Shown: positions 1 through 12,989, counted from the first letter of the stretch. The stretch: DNA of 64,000 nt from Octopus sinensis (GCF_006345805.1 NC_043006.1:35464001-35528000); one strand, 5' to 3'. Notes: generated by a model from the sequence alone, not told the origin. Program-made: numbers and translations.

Positions 1-22
1 TACATATATATACATATACATA

Positions 23-69
<47 letters not shown>

Positions 70-86
70 CATATATATACAGAGAA

Positions 87-124
<38 letters not shown>

Positions 125-166
125 AAAGATATATATATATACGTGTGTGTATGAGTGTGCATGTAG

Positions 167-202
<36 letters not shown>

Positions 203-269
203 TGCACCGGTGTGCACAAGTAGTGAAAAAGATCCTTTAGTCATCAACAACAATGAGTCAAAAAGAGAC

Positions 270-485
270 AGAATACATGGCCATTTGATCTGCAAGAAAG
301 AGTAGCTATGTCCCCCTTATAACTTACTACAAAAATCTCAAAAAAGCAAGGCCACATTGAATGTGGGATCTACATGAATCCTGTACTGTGGCACATTCAG
401 TAGAAAAAAAACATTGTATGTTCCACAGGATCGGATATCTTAGGCTACAAATGTTCGTCAGGAAAGATAACCTGGGACTACGGTA
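270..485 (+). repeat. Dispersed ~200-bp repeat family R, degraded copy
   Basis: Matches the within-window consensus (..ctgctagaaatagcagccaaatct..cacattggataatgtag..acctggggctaaa(caa)n) seen in more than 10 copies. Confidence 0.55.
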
Positions 486-1082
486 GATTACATCTCAGTC
501 AACAGTTCTCAAACATTTGGGGACCCCTTCAATTCCTATTTTAGTCGGGTAGAGCCTTATTATAAAGATGTAATGGGTTTTAAGTAAGCCATCATGTTTA
601 TATGATTGAATATTACAAGGAATTGTATCAAACTATTAAAATATTCCGTGTATTGCAGAAATACAACCAATTTATTGCAAGAAAACCTTATGTGGACCCC
701 TAATGGCCATATGGGCCAGTAAGGGACGGATGAGAAAAACTAGCCTTTGTAAAAACATTACACACAACAACAAGTACGAATCTCTCTTCTGTTATATACT
801 CCTAACAGATGAGATAGTCATGGCGGGAATGTCTTTATTTGTAAATCTCCTCGTACAGAAAAAAAATAGAAAAAAGAATAACATCACTATTGCCGCTAAA
901 AGTACTAAGAATGTACTAGCACCACCACGAGGAATTTCTAGGCGGTCGATGTTTGTGCTAGAACTGGCAGTCAAATGTCTCTCAAGTCACAACTCACTGT
1001 TCAATTTCAGAGAGAGGGAGAGAGAGAGAAAGAAAGAGGAGGAGAAAGAGAAAGCGAAGTTCGACAATATTGTTCCTGATAC

Positions 1083-1170
1083 CTAAGTAGATGCGATGGT
1101 CATGGCTGATATGTCTTTGATCTGTGATCTGCTGGCTAAAAGCTGACCTGGTGTTAACCCCAACTATCAC
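1083..1170 (+). repeat. Family R 3' half
   Basis: gatggtcatggctgatatgtctttgatc..gctgacctggtgttaa. Confidence 0.6.
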
Positions 1171-1184
1171 AAGCGTCGTTTCTA

Positions 1185-1194
1185 ACTACTACTA

Positions 1195-1238
<44 letters not shown>

Positions 1239-1542
1239 ATGTTACTATTACTACTGCTGATGATGATGATGATACCACTGCCCTTAAGTCAAATCTTACC
1301 CAAACATCTTAAAAAGTAGTATATGTGTGTATGTATATATATATGTATGTATGTATGTATGTGTATATATATATATATGTATGTATGTATGTATGTGTGT
1401 ATATATATATATATGTATGTATATATATATATACATACATATATAGATATATATATATACATACATATATATGTATGTATGTGTGTATATATATATGTAT
1501 GTATGTGTGTGTATATATATATGTATATATATATATATATAT

Positions 1543-1582
<40 letters not shown>

Positions 1583-1620
1583 ATCATACATATATATATA
1601 TATATTATATATATATATAT

Positions 1621-1676
<56 letters not shown>

Positions 1677-1695
1677 GTATGTGTATATATATATG

Positions 1696-1746
<51 letters not shown>

Positions 1747-1850
1747 GTTTAACGGTAGAGGAATGAATAAATAAATGAATGAATGAATGAATGAACGAGA
1801 GAATGAATGAATGAATGAATGAATGAATGAATGAGCTAGCGAATGAATGA
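1185..1850. repeat. Compound microsatellite (ACT)n,(GAT)n,(TA)n/(TATG)n,(GAAT)n
   Basis: Directly visible simple repeats. Confidence 0.97.
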
Positions 1851-1964
1851 GCGAAATGGCTTTTAATGAAACGTAACGAGTGAGGAGAGCATGACTCACT
1901 GACTCACTGATATAATGTGGGTGTGGATCTAACATTGGCTGTTGTTAGCTTATACAACAGGACT

Positions 1965-2225
1965 GCAGTACGGTGTAGGTGGTAGTTGTGGTTACAGGGG
2001 TGTTGTTGTTTTTTGTCGTTGATGTTTTGGCGATAGTAGTTAGTGGGTGGTGAAGCTATTGTTTCTTGTAATCGGGGTAGATTTTGTGCAGGTGGTAGTG
2101 TTAATGGTCATCGCGCAATACTTGAAGAAATAAGGTTGTAGCCTCGCTGACGGTAGTGATGGTGATGATGGATGGTGGTGGTGTGGTGATGGTGGGAGTG
2201 ATGCTGTTGTTGTGTGGCCCCGTTG

Positions 2226-2257
<32 letters not shown>

Positions 2258-2770
2258 GGTGGTGGCGATGGTAGTGATGGTAATAGTGTTAATGATGGTG
2301 ATAGCAGTGATGGTGGTGATGTTGTTGTTGTTGGCGGTAGTGATGGTAGTGGTGATGATGGCGATGGCGGTGGTGAAACCAGTGGTGGTGATGTTTTCTC
2401 TCGGTGGCGGTGGTGGTGGTGATGGTGGCAGCGGTGGTGGTATTAATGGTAGTCATATGTTGTTAGCAGTCTAGTTGTGGTTGTTATGAGAGTGGTAGCG
2501 CCGAAGGTAGTGGCTATGGAAGTCATAGTACCACCATAGTATGGTGCCAGGTAGTGGTATAGGTTGTTGGAGTAGTAACTGATACTGGGTATATAACGCT
2601 GATGTGGATACTAACACTGTAGAGGTGGGAGTATGGTGGTGTTAATGTTGATAGTTTGGTGATAGTATTTGTGGTGGTGGTGGTGTGGTAGTGGTGGCGT
2701 TATTGTTGTTGGTAGTTTTGGGGTGGTGTTGGTGATGGAGGGAGTGGTGTTTATGATAGAATAAATAATT

Positions 2771-2801
<31 letters not shown>

Positions 2802-2835
2802 AAAATAGGCGTGTGTTAGTTGTTGGTGTTGTTGT
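1965..2835. repeat. Degenerate triplet tract (GGT/GTT/GAT/GTA)n
   Basis: Directly visible low-complexity triplet run. Confidence 0.92.
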
Positions 2836-3305
2836 GTAACACTAGACCAACAAGTATCGAGCGGATCTGTTTTCGAAGGCATGTCGGCCGTGGCCATCCC
2901 GCTTGTTTGTATATCAGGGAACATTACAGTGTTTTAATGTTTCTCTCTCCCTCTCCCCTCCCTCTCTCCCTCTCCTTCTTTCTTTCTTTGGTTCAGGACT
3001 GTGATTTGTAGGGATATTTTGGCTACAGTTTCTAGCTTGACCAACTGCCACTGCGCATAGGTATCTCATGGTCATAAATGATTTTCAATGGACTTCGTGG
3101 CTTTTATATTTGTTTAACCCCAGGTCAGCGTTGAACAAACAGACTTATGGTTACAAACGCTCCACCCATAATCTTATCATCATATTTACAATAAGATGGA
3201 CGACATTTTCCAATGCCCTCTTTCCTTATGAAGACCCCACATTGTTTATTGAGGGAGATTTGACTTCTAATTGTTGCATGTCGAATGGCTACATAAACGC
3301 TCCCT
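2835..3305 (-). repeat. Two tandem family R copies
   Basis: Reverse complement of the R consensus (tttaaccccaggtcagc..; gagggagatttgacttctaatt; gatattttggctacagtttctagc). Confidence 0.6.
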
Positions 3306-3659
3306 AGTTGGCTCGTGCTTGTGGAATTGGCATTACTGAAACAGCAGAAACAGATGGCTAGATGGGCCAGTTGACAAGAATTTATGATTTTCGTGGGAGG
3401 CGGCTACTTCTCTTCTTTGAAGAGGGACACTTCGTAAGAATTCCCTGTTTTAAAATAAATTCCGAGTTTTTTATGTTGTAAGGACATTCTGTTCACTACA
3501 TATACATGTGTATATTACACGCAAGCCATCTATCAATTATATTCATTTAGCATTCAATGCGAAAATATTTAATGAACAAATTGGAAATAAAGCCTAACCA
3601 TTTGGCTTGGTCAATGACCAAATGTAGTGGCACCGAAATTTCACATTTGGCCAGGAAAT

Positions 3660-3870
3660 ATTGGTTTCAAATTTTAGCACAAGGCCAGCAAATTCGAAGT
3701 AAGGGAGTAGGCCGATTATATCGATTCCAGTATTCAACTGGTACTTATTTCATCGACCGCAAAAGGATGAAAGTAAAGTCGATTTCGACGAAAGTTGAAC
3801 TCAAATTGTAAAGATGGACAAAATGCCGTAAAGCAGTTTGTCCGGAGTGCTAAAAATTCTATCAGCACAG
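3660..3870 (-). mobile_element. tRNA-derived SINE with Nin/Deu-like central domain (family N)
   Basis: Reverse complement of gagttcaa..gtcgacttt.ctttcatcc..gtcgat..aagtaccag..ggccttgtgc. Confidence 0.85.
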
Positions 3871-3897
3871 GAAATATCACGAGTTGAAATAGATCAA

Positions 3898-4125
3898 ATA
3901 GTTCACATTTAGGTGAGTCTATTATCAGATAATATGATGCCTATATTTCACGTCTGGCCTGGGCCTTTTGCCTGAAGACATGGCGCTTGTATTTAACAAT
4001 TGATGAGACACTATCACTAAATGAAATGACGCTAATATTCCACATCTGATCTGGGCCTATCAACAGATGAAATGGTGCCTATATTTTCCATTTAGTTTGG
4101 GTCTATAATCTAGTCAGGACCTATT
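3898..4125. repeat. Degenerate ~46-bp minisatellite, about 5 units
   Basis: Units resembling atattccacatctgatctgggcctatcaacagatgaaatggtgcct recur at 45-47-bp spacing. Confidence 0.6.
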
Positions 4126-4139
4126 ACCCATTTTACACA

Positions 4140-4258
4140 AGATAGTAGCGGTAAAAATAGCTGATATGAATGGAACCCTTTTGCCGAACCGCTAGGTAAC
4201 TGTAATATACACAAAACATCACCAGCTTAAAGCGGTGGTGAAGAACAAACACAAGCAT

Positions 4259-4290
<32 letters not shown>

Positions 4291-4465
4291 ACACGCAAAT
4301 GTATACTACGAGCTTCCACATAGTTTCCGTTTACAATAATTAACTCAAGTGGCATTGGTTGGTGCGGAGATATAATAGAAGACACCTACCCAAGGTGTGG
4401 TGCAGTAAGACTGAACCCGAAACCTAGTGCTTGCAAAGCGGGCCTCTTAACCACATGACCATACA
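4140..4465 (-). mobile_element. CORE-type tRNA SINE with internal microsatellite (family C)
   Basis: ttttgccgaaccgctag..(CA)n..agaagacacctacccaaggtg..actgaacccgaaacc. Confidence 0.85.
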
Positions 4466-4479
4466 CAAGCCAATCAGTA

Positions 4480-5152
4480 AATGCTGTTTCCGATCTTTTC
4501 CTCGTCCTCGGCCCCTGATCCAGAAAACCCATGACCAAAGGTATCCCGAGCAGGACAATTGTAACTTGTTAGGTGTTTACGGGTATCTAGAAATATCCTT
4601 TCTCTCCTTATCTTTTTCGAGACGATATTGTGATCTGAGGGAGATTTGGCTGCAATATCTAGTAGGTCTAGCGAGCACATAATGGTTCGATTGCTGTTGG
4701 TAGTGATGGTCATGTGATCGAGAGTGATGCTAGAATTTTTGGTGTAGTAATTGTTATAGTTGTACCTGTTATTTTGTTCTTATTTTTGCTTTCTTAGCTA
4801 ACCCCACGTCAATCCTGGTTGAACAGAACTACGATCAAATCCTTTCTAATAGTGCCCATTCCATTTTCTTTTACTAAGCTTCAGTTAACTCAATAACTCA
4901 TCTTCCAAAGCATTCATTTCTCTCTCAGTTTGAATATGATATGTGCAATAACTGGCTGTTGTTTCTAGTAGATCGATTAACCCAACAGAGGTTACCAATC
5001 AACCAAGAATCATACAGAGCAGATCTATGAAAAGGACTTCCCAACCGTGATCGTCCCACATTTTTAATGAGTGTATACGATTATAATTACTAATCTGTGT
5101 CCATTCATTCAGCATGAGCTTTTAAGGAGGTTTGGCTGCTATTTCTAACAGT
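4480..5152 (-). repeat. Three head-to-tail family R copies
   Basis: gagatttggctgcaatatctag (~4640), ctggctgttgtttctag (~4955), tttggctgctatttcta (~5135). Confidence 0.6.
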
Positions 5153-5417
5153 TTCTAGTTGTGTGATCGTAATAGCAGGTGAGGAAAATTTAGTGAGAAC
5201 ACCCAATTCCGATTACATTAAATATACAGAATTATATACTAAATATATTAAATTATATATAAATATATAGCGTTGCTTTTTCATCGTGAATGGTGTTGAG
5301 ATAAAAGAAGAAATAGATACAAATATGCACGCGAATACACGTACACGCACACGCACATACATACACACACACACACATACTTATATACGTGTATAAACAC
5401 ATATGTGTACTCATACA

Positions 5418-5448
<31 letters not shown>

Positions 5449-5554
5449 AAGTATATATATACATATAAAGTATATATATATATACATACATATTAATGTA
5501 CATTTACGCACAACCATTCAACAATATACATCTCACGCGTATATATGTGTATAT

Positions 5555-5586
<32 letters not shown>

Positions 5587-5644
5587 TGCATATGCTTACT
5601 TACATACATATATACATCTAATGTATGTATGTATATATATGTGT

Positions 5645-5681
<37 letters not shown>

Positions 5682-5897
5682 TACACTTATACGCAAATAC
5701 GTATACAAAAAAATATACAAGACATACATACTCACAAAGATACACACGCATGCACGCGCGCGCGCACAAACACACACACAATGTTTAATTAAACGTCAAG
5801 TTATATAGAAATTATATATAAGAGCATGAAACTGAAAGATTATTTCAATTCTTCTAGAAGAGAACATCTTCAATAAACTTTTACAACGAAAACGTTG

Positions 5898-5941
5898 ACA
5901 GCAAGTTCGAAGTTTCGGCTTGCTCACCTTCGTCAGACTGT
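5898..5941 (-). ncRNA. Hammerhead-ribozyme-like motif, degenerate
   Basis: Minus strand ACAGU-CUGACGA-A-GG..CC-GAAAC-UUCGAA-CUU-GCUGU; stem I pairs; one change in stem III. Confidence 0.55.
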
Positions 5942-6058
5942 ATATCACGCTCTCTATCTACTTTTGTATGTACGTATGTTTGTTATGTATGTATGTATGT
6001 ATGTATGTGTATTATCTATGTATGTATATATCTGTTACTCTCTCTCTCTCTCTCGTGT

Positions 6059-6090
<32 letters not shown>

Positions 6091-6128
6091 ATATATTATA
6101 TATATTATATATATATATAATATATATA

Positions 6129-6218
<90 letters not shown>

Positions 6219-6989
6219 GTAGGTATGTATGTATGTATGTATGTATGTATGTATGTATGTGTGTATATATGTATGTATACAATGTTGTCATTTCACTTAA
6301 TATACAACAAACATATCAGAATAGATATCGTAACAGGTTATAGATTATATGCACTCTTTTAGTTCTCTCTTCAAGTAGGTGATTTACTTTATCGCTGTCT
6401 CATTCTTTCCATATTTTGTTTGTGGGTGGATCGTGTATGTTTTCCGCCATTTTGACAGGCGTGGTAGTCTTACAATGCGCGGGTTGGGCTTCTACAGGCC
6501 GTCTTTATTTATGTAATGGCGATCATCGTTAAAACAAAACGCTAATGGCCCGGTATACAGATTTCGCGTCCGAGTGCGTGTGCGACCGATCGAAGGCGCG
6601 TGTAAGACATGTCGTTGGAGACGATCATGTTTCGATTCGTGATTGCAGTAGTATTTCAATTTTGCTAATGATATGTTTTAAATTTATTCTCTTCGGAAAA
6701 GTACCAAAATTTCAAATAAATACATTATATAATTATGTTTACCATACTATACATGTATGCCTGTGTGACCATGTAAGTATGTATGTATGTTTGTATGAAT
6801 GTATACTTGGGTGGATGGTGTATTTGTCTATCCTGTTTAAATTTTTTCCCGTATAAAACAAAATAGAAAAATAAAGTTCGTTTCTAATTGGAAGCTTCTC
6901 AGAGACTATGATATATACACATTCACACATACATATTTGTGTATATACACACATACACACACATATATATATACGTTCGTTCGCATGCT

Positions 6990-7025
<36 letters not shown>

Positions 7026-7554
7026 TATTTATATATGATATGTATATATATTGTGTGCGTGTGTGTGCGTATACACACACACAAACACATACATATACAC
7101 ATACATACATACATACTACATACATACATACATACACATACATACATACATACACGCTCATATACACTTGCACGTACGTGCTTTGACGATCGTGTTTTCG
7201 AGAATAGAACGAAATCTAAAAGAAATTTCGTTTGTAATGAACTACAATAAATTATCATGATATACTTTCGATGTCTTGTAATACTCCATTGAGGCAGTGA
7301 ACTAAGAGAGCTGTTAGAGCACTAGAGAGATTATTTAACAGTTATTTTATTTCCCATCTTTAAATTAAGGTTTCAATTCCTACCAAAGTTAACCCTGCCC
7401 GTTACCATTTCGGGGTTCGTTAAATAAAGTACCTGTCCCTCATATACGAACGGCGGTGGGCAAAAGCGGGCAACTGTCGTTAAATGAGTGGAAGGCTCTT
7501 TTCATTTCCCCCATTACATTTTTAGGATAAGAATTCTATGAACATCCCATTCAT

Positions 7555-7730
7555 ATTGATTTCAAATTTTCGCACAAGGCCAGCAATTTCGTGGGATAGG
7601 ATAAGTTGATTACATCGACTCGGGTGCTCAAATGGTACTTATTTTATCGACCCCGAAATGATGAAAGGTGAAGTCGATCCCTGAGGCATTTAAACTGAGA
7701 ACGTAAACACGGACGAAATGACGCCTTAAC
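7555..7730 (-). mobile_element. Family N SINE
   Basis: cacaaggccagc..ggtacttattttatcgaccccgaaatgatgaaagg. Confidence 0.85.
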
Positions 7731-8099
7731 ATTCCACTCATATTAAGCAACCGTATTCCTACGTTTGTCCAGCCCTGTATACACACTTCTCACTCTTATC
7801 TCTTCCGCGTTTTTTCTTTGTATATGTATAACCTTCTGTCCATAGTAACAAATCTCTCCTGGTTAGTCCTAGCGAAGGAATGGCCTCACCAGGTCTAAAC
7901 CACGCACAAGACACACCATTCCTAAGACCCTGTCAGTAAATTGACGTCCTGAGACAATGTGACAATTCTTTCAGACGTGAATGTGTCGCACCCAATTTGC
8001 TTAACCACCCACTTCGTTTACTATGAAATTCCAATTTTGAGTCTCTTGAAATAAATAACCCAGGTAGGTAAAGAACAAAAGAAAGATATAAATCTGCCT

Positions 8100-8600
8100 A
8101 TCTCTATTACTTGTGTCAGTCAGTGGGCTACGACCATGTTGGGGCACGGCCTTAAAGGGTTTCAGTCGAACACATCGATCCCCGTCCTATGACATTCTCT
8201 ATGGTTGCTGGCGCATGCTGAACTTCGCCGTGTACAAGATGACGATGGTGGAAATTTCCTTGTCCTTGTCAGCCCTGTTTGGCGACCCCTAGCACTTTGC
8301 GCCTTGGGCGACCGCCCGAGTTGCCGGTACCTTGAGCCGGACCTGTCTTTAAGTTTGGTACTTATTCTATCGATTGTGTTTTGCCGAACCGCTAATTTAC
8401 AGAGATGTAAACAAACCAACACTTACACACACACACACACCACACACACACACACACGCACACACACGACAGACTTATATCATTTCCATCTATCAAATCT
8501 ACTCACAAGGCTTTAGTCGGCCCGAGGCTAGAGTAAATGACACTTGTCCGAGGCGTTGTGCAATGGTACTGAACCCGAAACCATGTGGTTGGGGACGAAA
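8100..8600 (-). mobile_element. Family C SINE, interrupted at ~8200-8345
   Basis: Tail (ccatgttggggcac), body (ttttgccgaaccgct) and head (actgaacccgaaaccatgtggttggg). Confidence 0.85.
8204..8345. mobile_element. GC-rich insertion, probable hAT-type MITE relic
   Basis: End gcgccttgggcgaccgcc..gagccggacctg resembles the CAGGGCCGGCTC-type hAT MITE terminus; possible 8-bp TSD tctctatg/tctttaag; left TIR not recognisable. Confidence 0.45.
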
Positions 8601-8809
8601 CATTTTATGACGCAAATATGTTTGCACCTATATTCATTTTTTGGAAACAATATCAGCTGATAATATTGCGACAAATACCCGCTGGGTTCGCGTTGAATAC
8701 CATACAAAAACCTACGTCCCATCGGGGCAGAGGTGGGTCTTCTATTAAGCTAAATATCTTTGAAATCATACTCTATCATTAAAAAAAAAAGTTTAAAAAG
8801 AAACACTGG

Positions 8810-9145
8810 ACAGGGTTATATGCCGAGAGTTGGTCATGATTGGAATGGTTTTGAATGTTAGTGTTCTAAAAGGATCGATCTGGTGCTAAACTCAATTACG
8901 CCAATAACAACGGTGAACGCATGATGGAGACTTTTAGAAATAGCAGCCAAATCTATCATCTCCTAATGAAAGTCTATCATCTTATAGAAGTATTTTAGTG
9001 CACTGGGTACTACAGTCGTACCTAAATACCTCTAGTACCGATTGATGGTCGTTTCTGGAATACTTTTGACCGTATATCTGCTCGATCATGTCTGCTCTGG
9101 GGCATAAACTCAACACCACAGCACCACAACAACAGCAACAGCAAC
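8810..9145 (+). repeat. Two tandem family R copies ending in (CAA)n
   Basis: ttagaaatagcagccaaatct..gatggtcgtttctggaat..tctgctcgatca..ggggcataaactcaacacc. Confidence 0.65.
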
Positions 9146-10027
9146 ACTGCTTCGTGCCCTTTTATATATTCTGTATAAATTTTCAATTCATTGGAAATAG
9201 TTTCTGTGTATTTATTTATTTATTTATTTATTTTTTATTTATTTATTCCTTTATTTGGTGGTTGTTTTGTTCTAAAATGTAACCTCCGTCGATTCTCTGT
9301 TGGGGTACATACATACATACATACATGCATATATACGTGTATACATACACATGTACACCCATTGATGCGTTCGTACGTACATACACGCATAAGTACGTAC
9401 ATTTAGAGGCATATACACACACACACATATACACACGTACATATACACATATACATACAGACAAACAGACGGACATCATCGTCGTAATCGTCATTATTAT
9501 CATAATAATGATTTATAATTAGAAGCCAAACAAAGGCCTCTATGCAGCCACTCGATTTACTAGAAATAGCAACCAAATCTTCCTAGAATCAAAAGTTATA
9601 CCACCTTTGAAAAGGTGATGGGATATATCTACCAAGAGTATACATTGTATATTAAAGAAAGTAAATTAAAGAAACTTGTTGATTAGGGGCTTCAATGGCA
9701 TCAATTATACGTTGACGTGATTAAGTTGATATTAGACTAGACAACATGCAACCCCTAATCGGACCATCATTATACTGCTTTTCAGAGAGATGTATTTGCT
9801 GAACCAGTAAAGGGGTTGATGAAATTGTTACTTTTCGTTTTGAGTGAAGTCGTTTTATCTTTCTGATTTCAAATCTCGCCGGAGTAGATTTTGGTTTCCT
9901 TTCCATCCTTATGGTAGGGTCGGCACGTTAATGGGATACCCTAACTTTCATCTTCCTCCTTTAAAGTTTGTAGTTTTGTGATAATGTCGTAAGTCATTTC
10001 AGTATTTTATACATTAGACGTTGAAGA

Positions 10028-10270
10028 TCCGTGGTCTAGTGGCTAAGGTGTTGCGCTCATAGTCGTATGATCGTTGTTTCGTTTCCCAGACCAAGTAGTG
10101 CATTGTCTTCTTGAGCAAAACACATCATTTCGCCCTGCCCCAGTCCACTCAGCTTTACACAAGTAACTCAAATAACCCTTCGAAGGGCTGGCATCCGGTT
10201 CAGGTGAATGTTGTAGTCTCACTTATTCCATGGGAACAGGATAACTGGCCTTATGAGCCATAAGATTCGA
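10028..10270 (+). mobile_element. tRNA-derived SINE family M
   Basis: A-box-like gtggtctagtggctaagg, B-box-like gtttcgtttccc, then ttcttgagcaaaacac..ccagtccactcagct. Confidence 0.75.
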
Positions 10271-10486
10271 GACAGCAATGGCCAGGATACTTGCTTTATT
10301 TTTCACATTTTATATACATTAGGAGAAAGGCAGAAAACAATTTCAGGACTTTGCATTTTATTTACAGAGAAATATACCCGATACATACTCGATTGATATT
10401 TGATATTATTTCATAAGATTTATTACGATAATTTATTCACTTCAAAATAAATGAATCAAAATTAATTATAAAGAGACAGGGGGAAA

Positions 10487-10670
10487 TAAAGAAATAGGTA
10501 TTTCGTCTGCCGCTACGTTCTGAGTTCAAATTCCGCCGAGGTCGACTTTGCTTTTCATCCATTCAGTGCCGATAAATTAAGCACCACTTGGGTACTGGGG
10601 TCGATCTAATCGACTGGCCCCCTCCCCCAGTATTTCGAGCCTTCTTGTGCCTAGAGTAGAAACGAATATT
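10487..10670 (+). mobile_element. Family N SINE, 5'-truncated at the multimer junction
   Basis: aaagaaatag|gtatttcgtctg..ttctgagttcaaattccgccgaggtcgac..cttgtgcctagagtagaa. Confidence 0.9.
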
Positions 10671-10960
10671 CGAACAACTTATTTCGACCCCACCCTATGA
10701 ACTAAGTAGGGAAAATGTATCTATGAACCGAGCCAGGGTTATTATTCGCAACAGACGCCCAGACTCACGGGATTCTATCATGAAACGAAGTACTTTCATC
10801 TGAGTTTTACAAAAAATAGTAGCGTTTCGGGTACTAACGACAGCGGATGTCTAAGCAACGACCAGCCACAAAAGGAACATCCCGTCAATGACTAACATTC
10901 CTTCATCTTCTCTTCTCCATTTCCAATGTATATCGTATATCGTTGTGTGTATATTGTATA

Positions 10961-11154
10961 TTTTACTCTTTTACTTGTTTCAGTCATTTGGCTGCGGCCA
11001 TGCAAATCGAACCCAGGGCTTATTCTTTCTAAGACTAGTACTTATTCTACCGGTCTCTTTTGCCGAACTACTAAATTTCGGGGACCTAAACATACCAACA
11101 TATGTAGTCAAGTGATATTTGGGGAACAAACACAGACACACAAACATATACACA

Positions 11155-11209
<55 letters not shown>

Positions 11210-11368
11210 TTATATATACGGGCTTCTTTCAGTTTCCGTCTATCAAATTCACTCACAAAGCTTTGGTCGACCCGAGGCTATAGGAGAAATATAGTACCAC
11301 ACAATGGGATGAACACGAACCCATGTGCTTGGGAAGCGAGCTTCTTACCACACAGTCGCTCCTGCGCC
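10961..11368 (-). mobile_element. Family C SINE, near full length
   Basis: Head (minus) ggcgcaggagcgactgtgtggtaagaagc, internal (TA)(TG)n, tail ..gcagccaaatgactgaaacaagtaaaagag. Confidence 0.92.
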
Positions 11369-11387
11369 TTTTTGGGGATAAAATTCA

Positions 11388-11545
11388 CTACAGTTCTATA
11401 TTTAAGAGATGAGGAATTGTGTACATTATTTACTTTATTTACATTATTTACATTTGACGGATATTTGCTTTCATATTGTTTGTTGTTAACACAACGTTTC
11501 GGCTGATATATCCTCCAGCCTTCATCAGGTGTCTTGGGGAAATCT
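11388..11545 (-). mobile_element. Penelope-like pLTR fragment (family A) with minimal hammerhead at 11488-11533
   Basis: Minus strand GACAC-CUGAUGA-A-GGCUG(gaggauauau)CAGCC-GAAAC-GUU-GUGUU; its terminal ~50 nt recur at 16158 and 17366. Confidence 0.8.
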
Positions 11546-11593
11546 GATTCCAGTTCCGTTCCCACAACATGGCGTTTGGTAAAGTGTTTCTTT

Positions 11594-11795
11594 TTAGGTT
11601 GGTAAGATGGAAGAATCGTTGCTGCACTGGATAAAACGCTAAGCGGCATTTCTTCTAGCCATTTACGTTCTAAGTTCAAATGTCACCAAATCTGGCTTTG
11701 CCTTTCATCCTTTCGGGTACGATTGAGCATAAGGATCAACGTAAACGATACCCCTATTCCGCAAAATTTCCGGACCTCTAGCATAATTAGAACGT
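11594..11795 (+). mobile_element. Family N SINE, degraded
   Basis: agaatcgttgc..acgttctaagttcaaat..ctttgcctttcatcctttcggg. Confidence 0.8.
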
Positions 11796-12390
11796 ATTAC
11801 TATTCGTAATAAATATTGATTACCAACATAACATGGTAGTCCTGCTTTAGGACGAATGTTACTGTAATTTAGCCCCAGTACTACAAAGTACTATTACTGA
11901 ATGCCTCCCGTTCTGAGATTTAAAAATAGTAATTTTCTAGTATTATTATTATTCGTATTATTAGTAATAAAACAAATAGGAGGAAGGATAAAAAAGAAAG
12001 TCAAACTTCCTTAATTAACATGATACTACTAAATACTCTTTTTCAATTTGTGTTACTTGGCCAGTCATATATGATTTAATAAATAAAAGCATTTAGTCCG
12101 GTGCTTTGTCACTTTGGCGCCGTTTTCTTTTGCCTTTACAAGTAAATGTGTTGCAGAAGCTTTCGTGTAGAGGGAAATACCCCCAAGTTCAAAGATCCAA
12201 ATGTAATTTTCTGATTTAATATAATTTTACACTTCCATGCGATCGAATACATATTTTACATTCTTTTTAACTGTATCGATGAATGTACGTGTGTATGTTT
12301 GTGTGTGTGTAAATATAAACGTACACACTCACACACACACACATATAAACATTTAGAGAGGCAGGTCGGCAGACAGACAGACAGACAGAC

Positions 12391-12459
<69 letters not shown>

Positions 12460-12989
12460 TATGGGAGTCGTCATTAAGAGGTTTGGGAATATATTGTTAC
12501 AGCGTTGGAATACATTTCAACTTTTGGCTCAGAGTTCCAGTGGCACCGATGTTTAGTTTGCGTTTTATTCTTTGGTGTAGAAGGATAAATAATAGACTAG
12601 TCCAGTACTGGGTTTCGTTCCTCCATTTATTTCTCCGTCTCCATCCATCTAAAGATCCTGTCAGATTTTAAAACATACCCACAAAGCAACGACAACATTC
12701 TTACGACAGTATTTTCTACTTAGTGTGCACATGCTCGTGTTTGTGTGTGTGTACTCTGCGGTCTCGTTACAAATAAAACTTAAACCTTAAAGTCACAACC
12801 TATTTTAATAACAATACTGAGACGCCCACTTCGTAAGGATGTCATTTTTACTATAAACATGATCTATTCATTTTAATTTACTTTAAAAATACTAAGTTAC
12901 GCACACACATACGTACATGTATATATAAGCATGTCTGTGTGTGTATGTGTATGTATGCATCTCTTTGGTTATGAATTTATATATTTGCA

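Noticed and set aside
7445-7790. Possible Tc1-like TIR pair around a SINE
   Set aside because: The similarity is too weak to call by eye
12962-12972. tctttggttat match to the miR-9 5' end
   Set aside because: Only 11 nt match and there is no precursor hairpin
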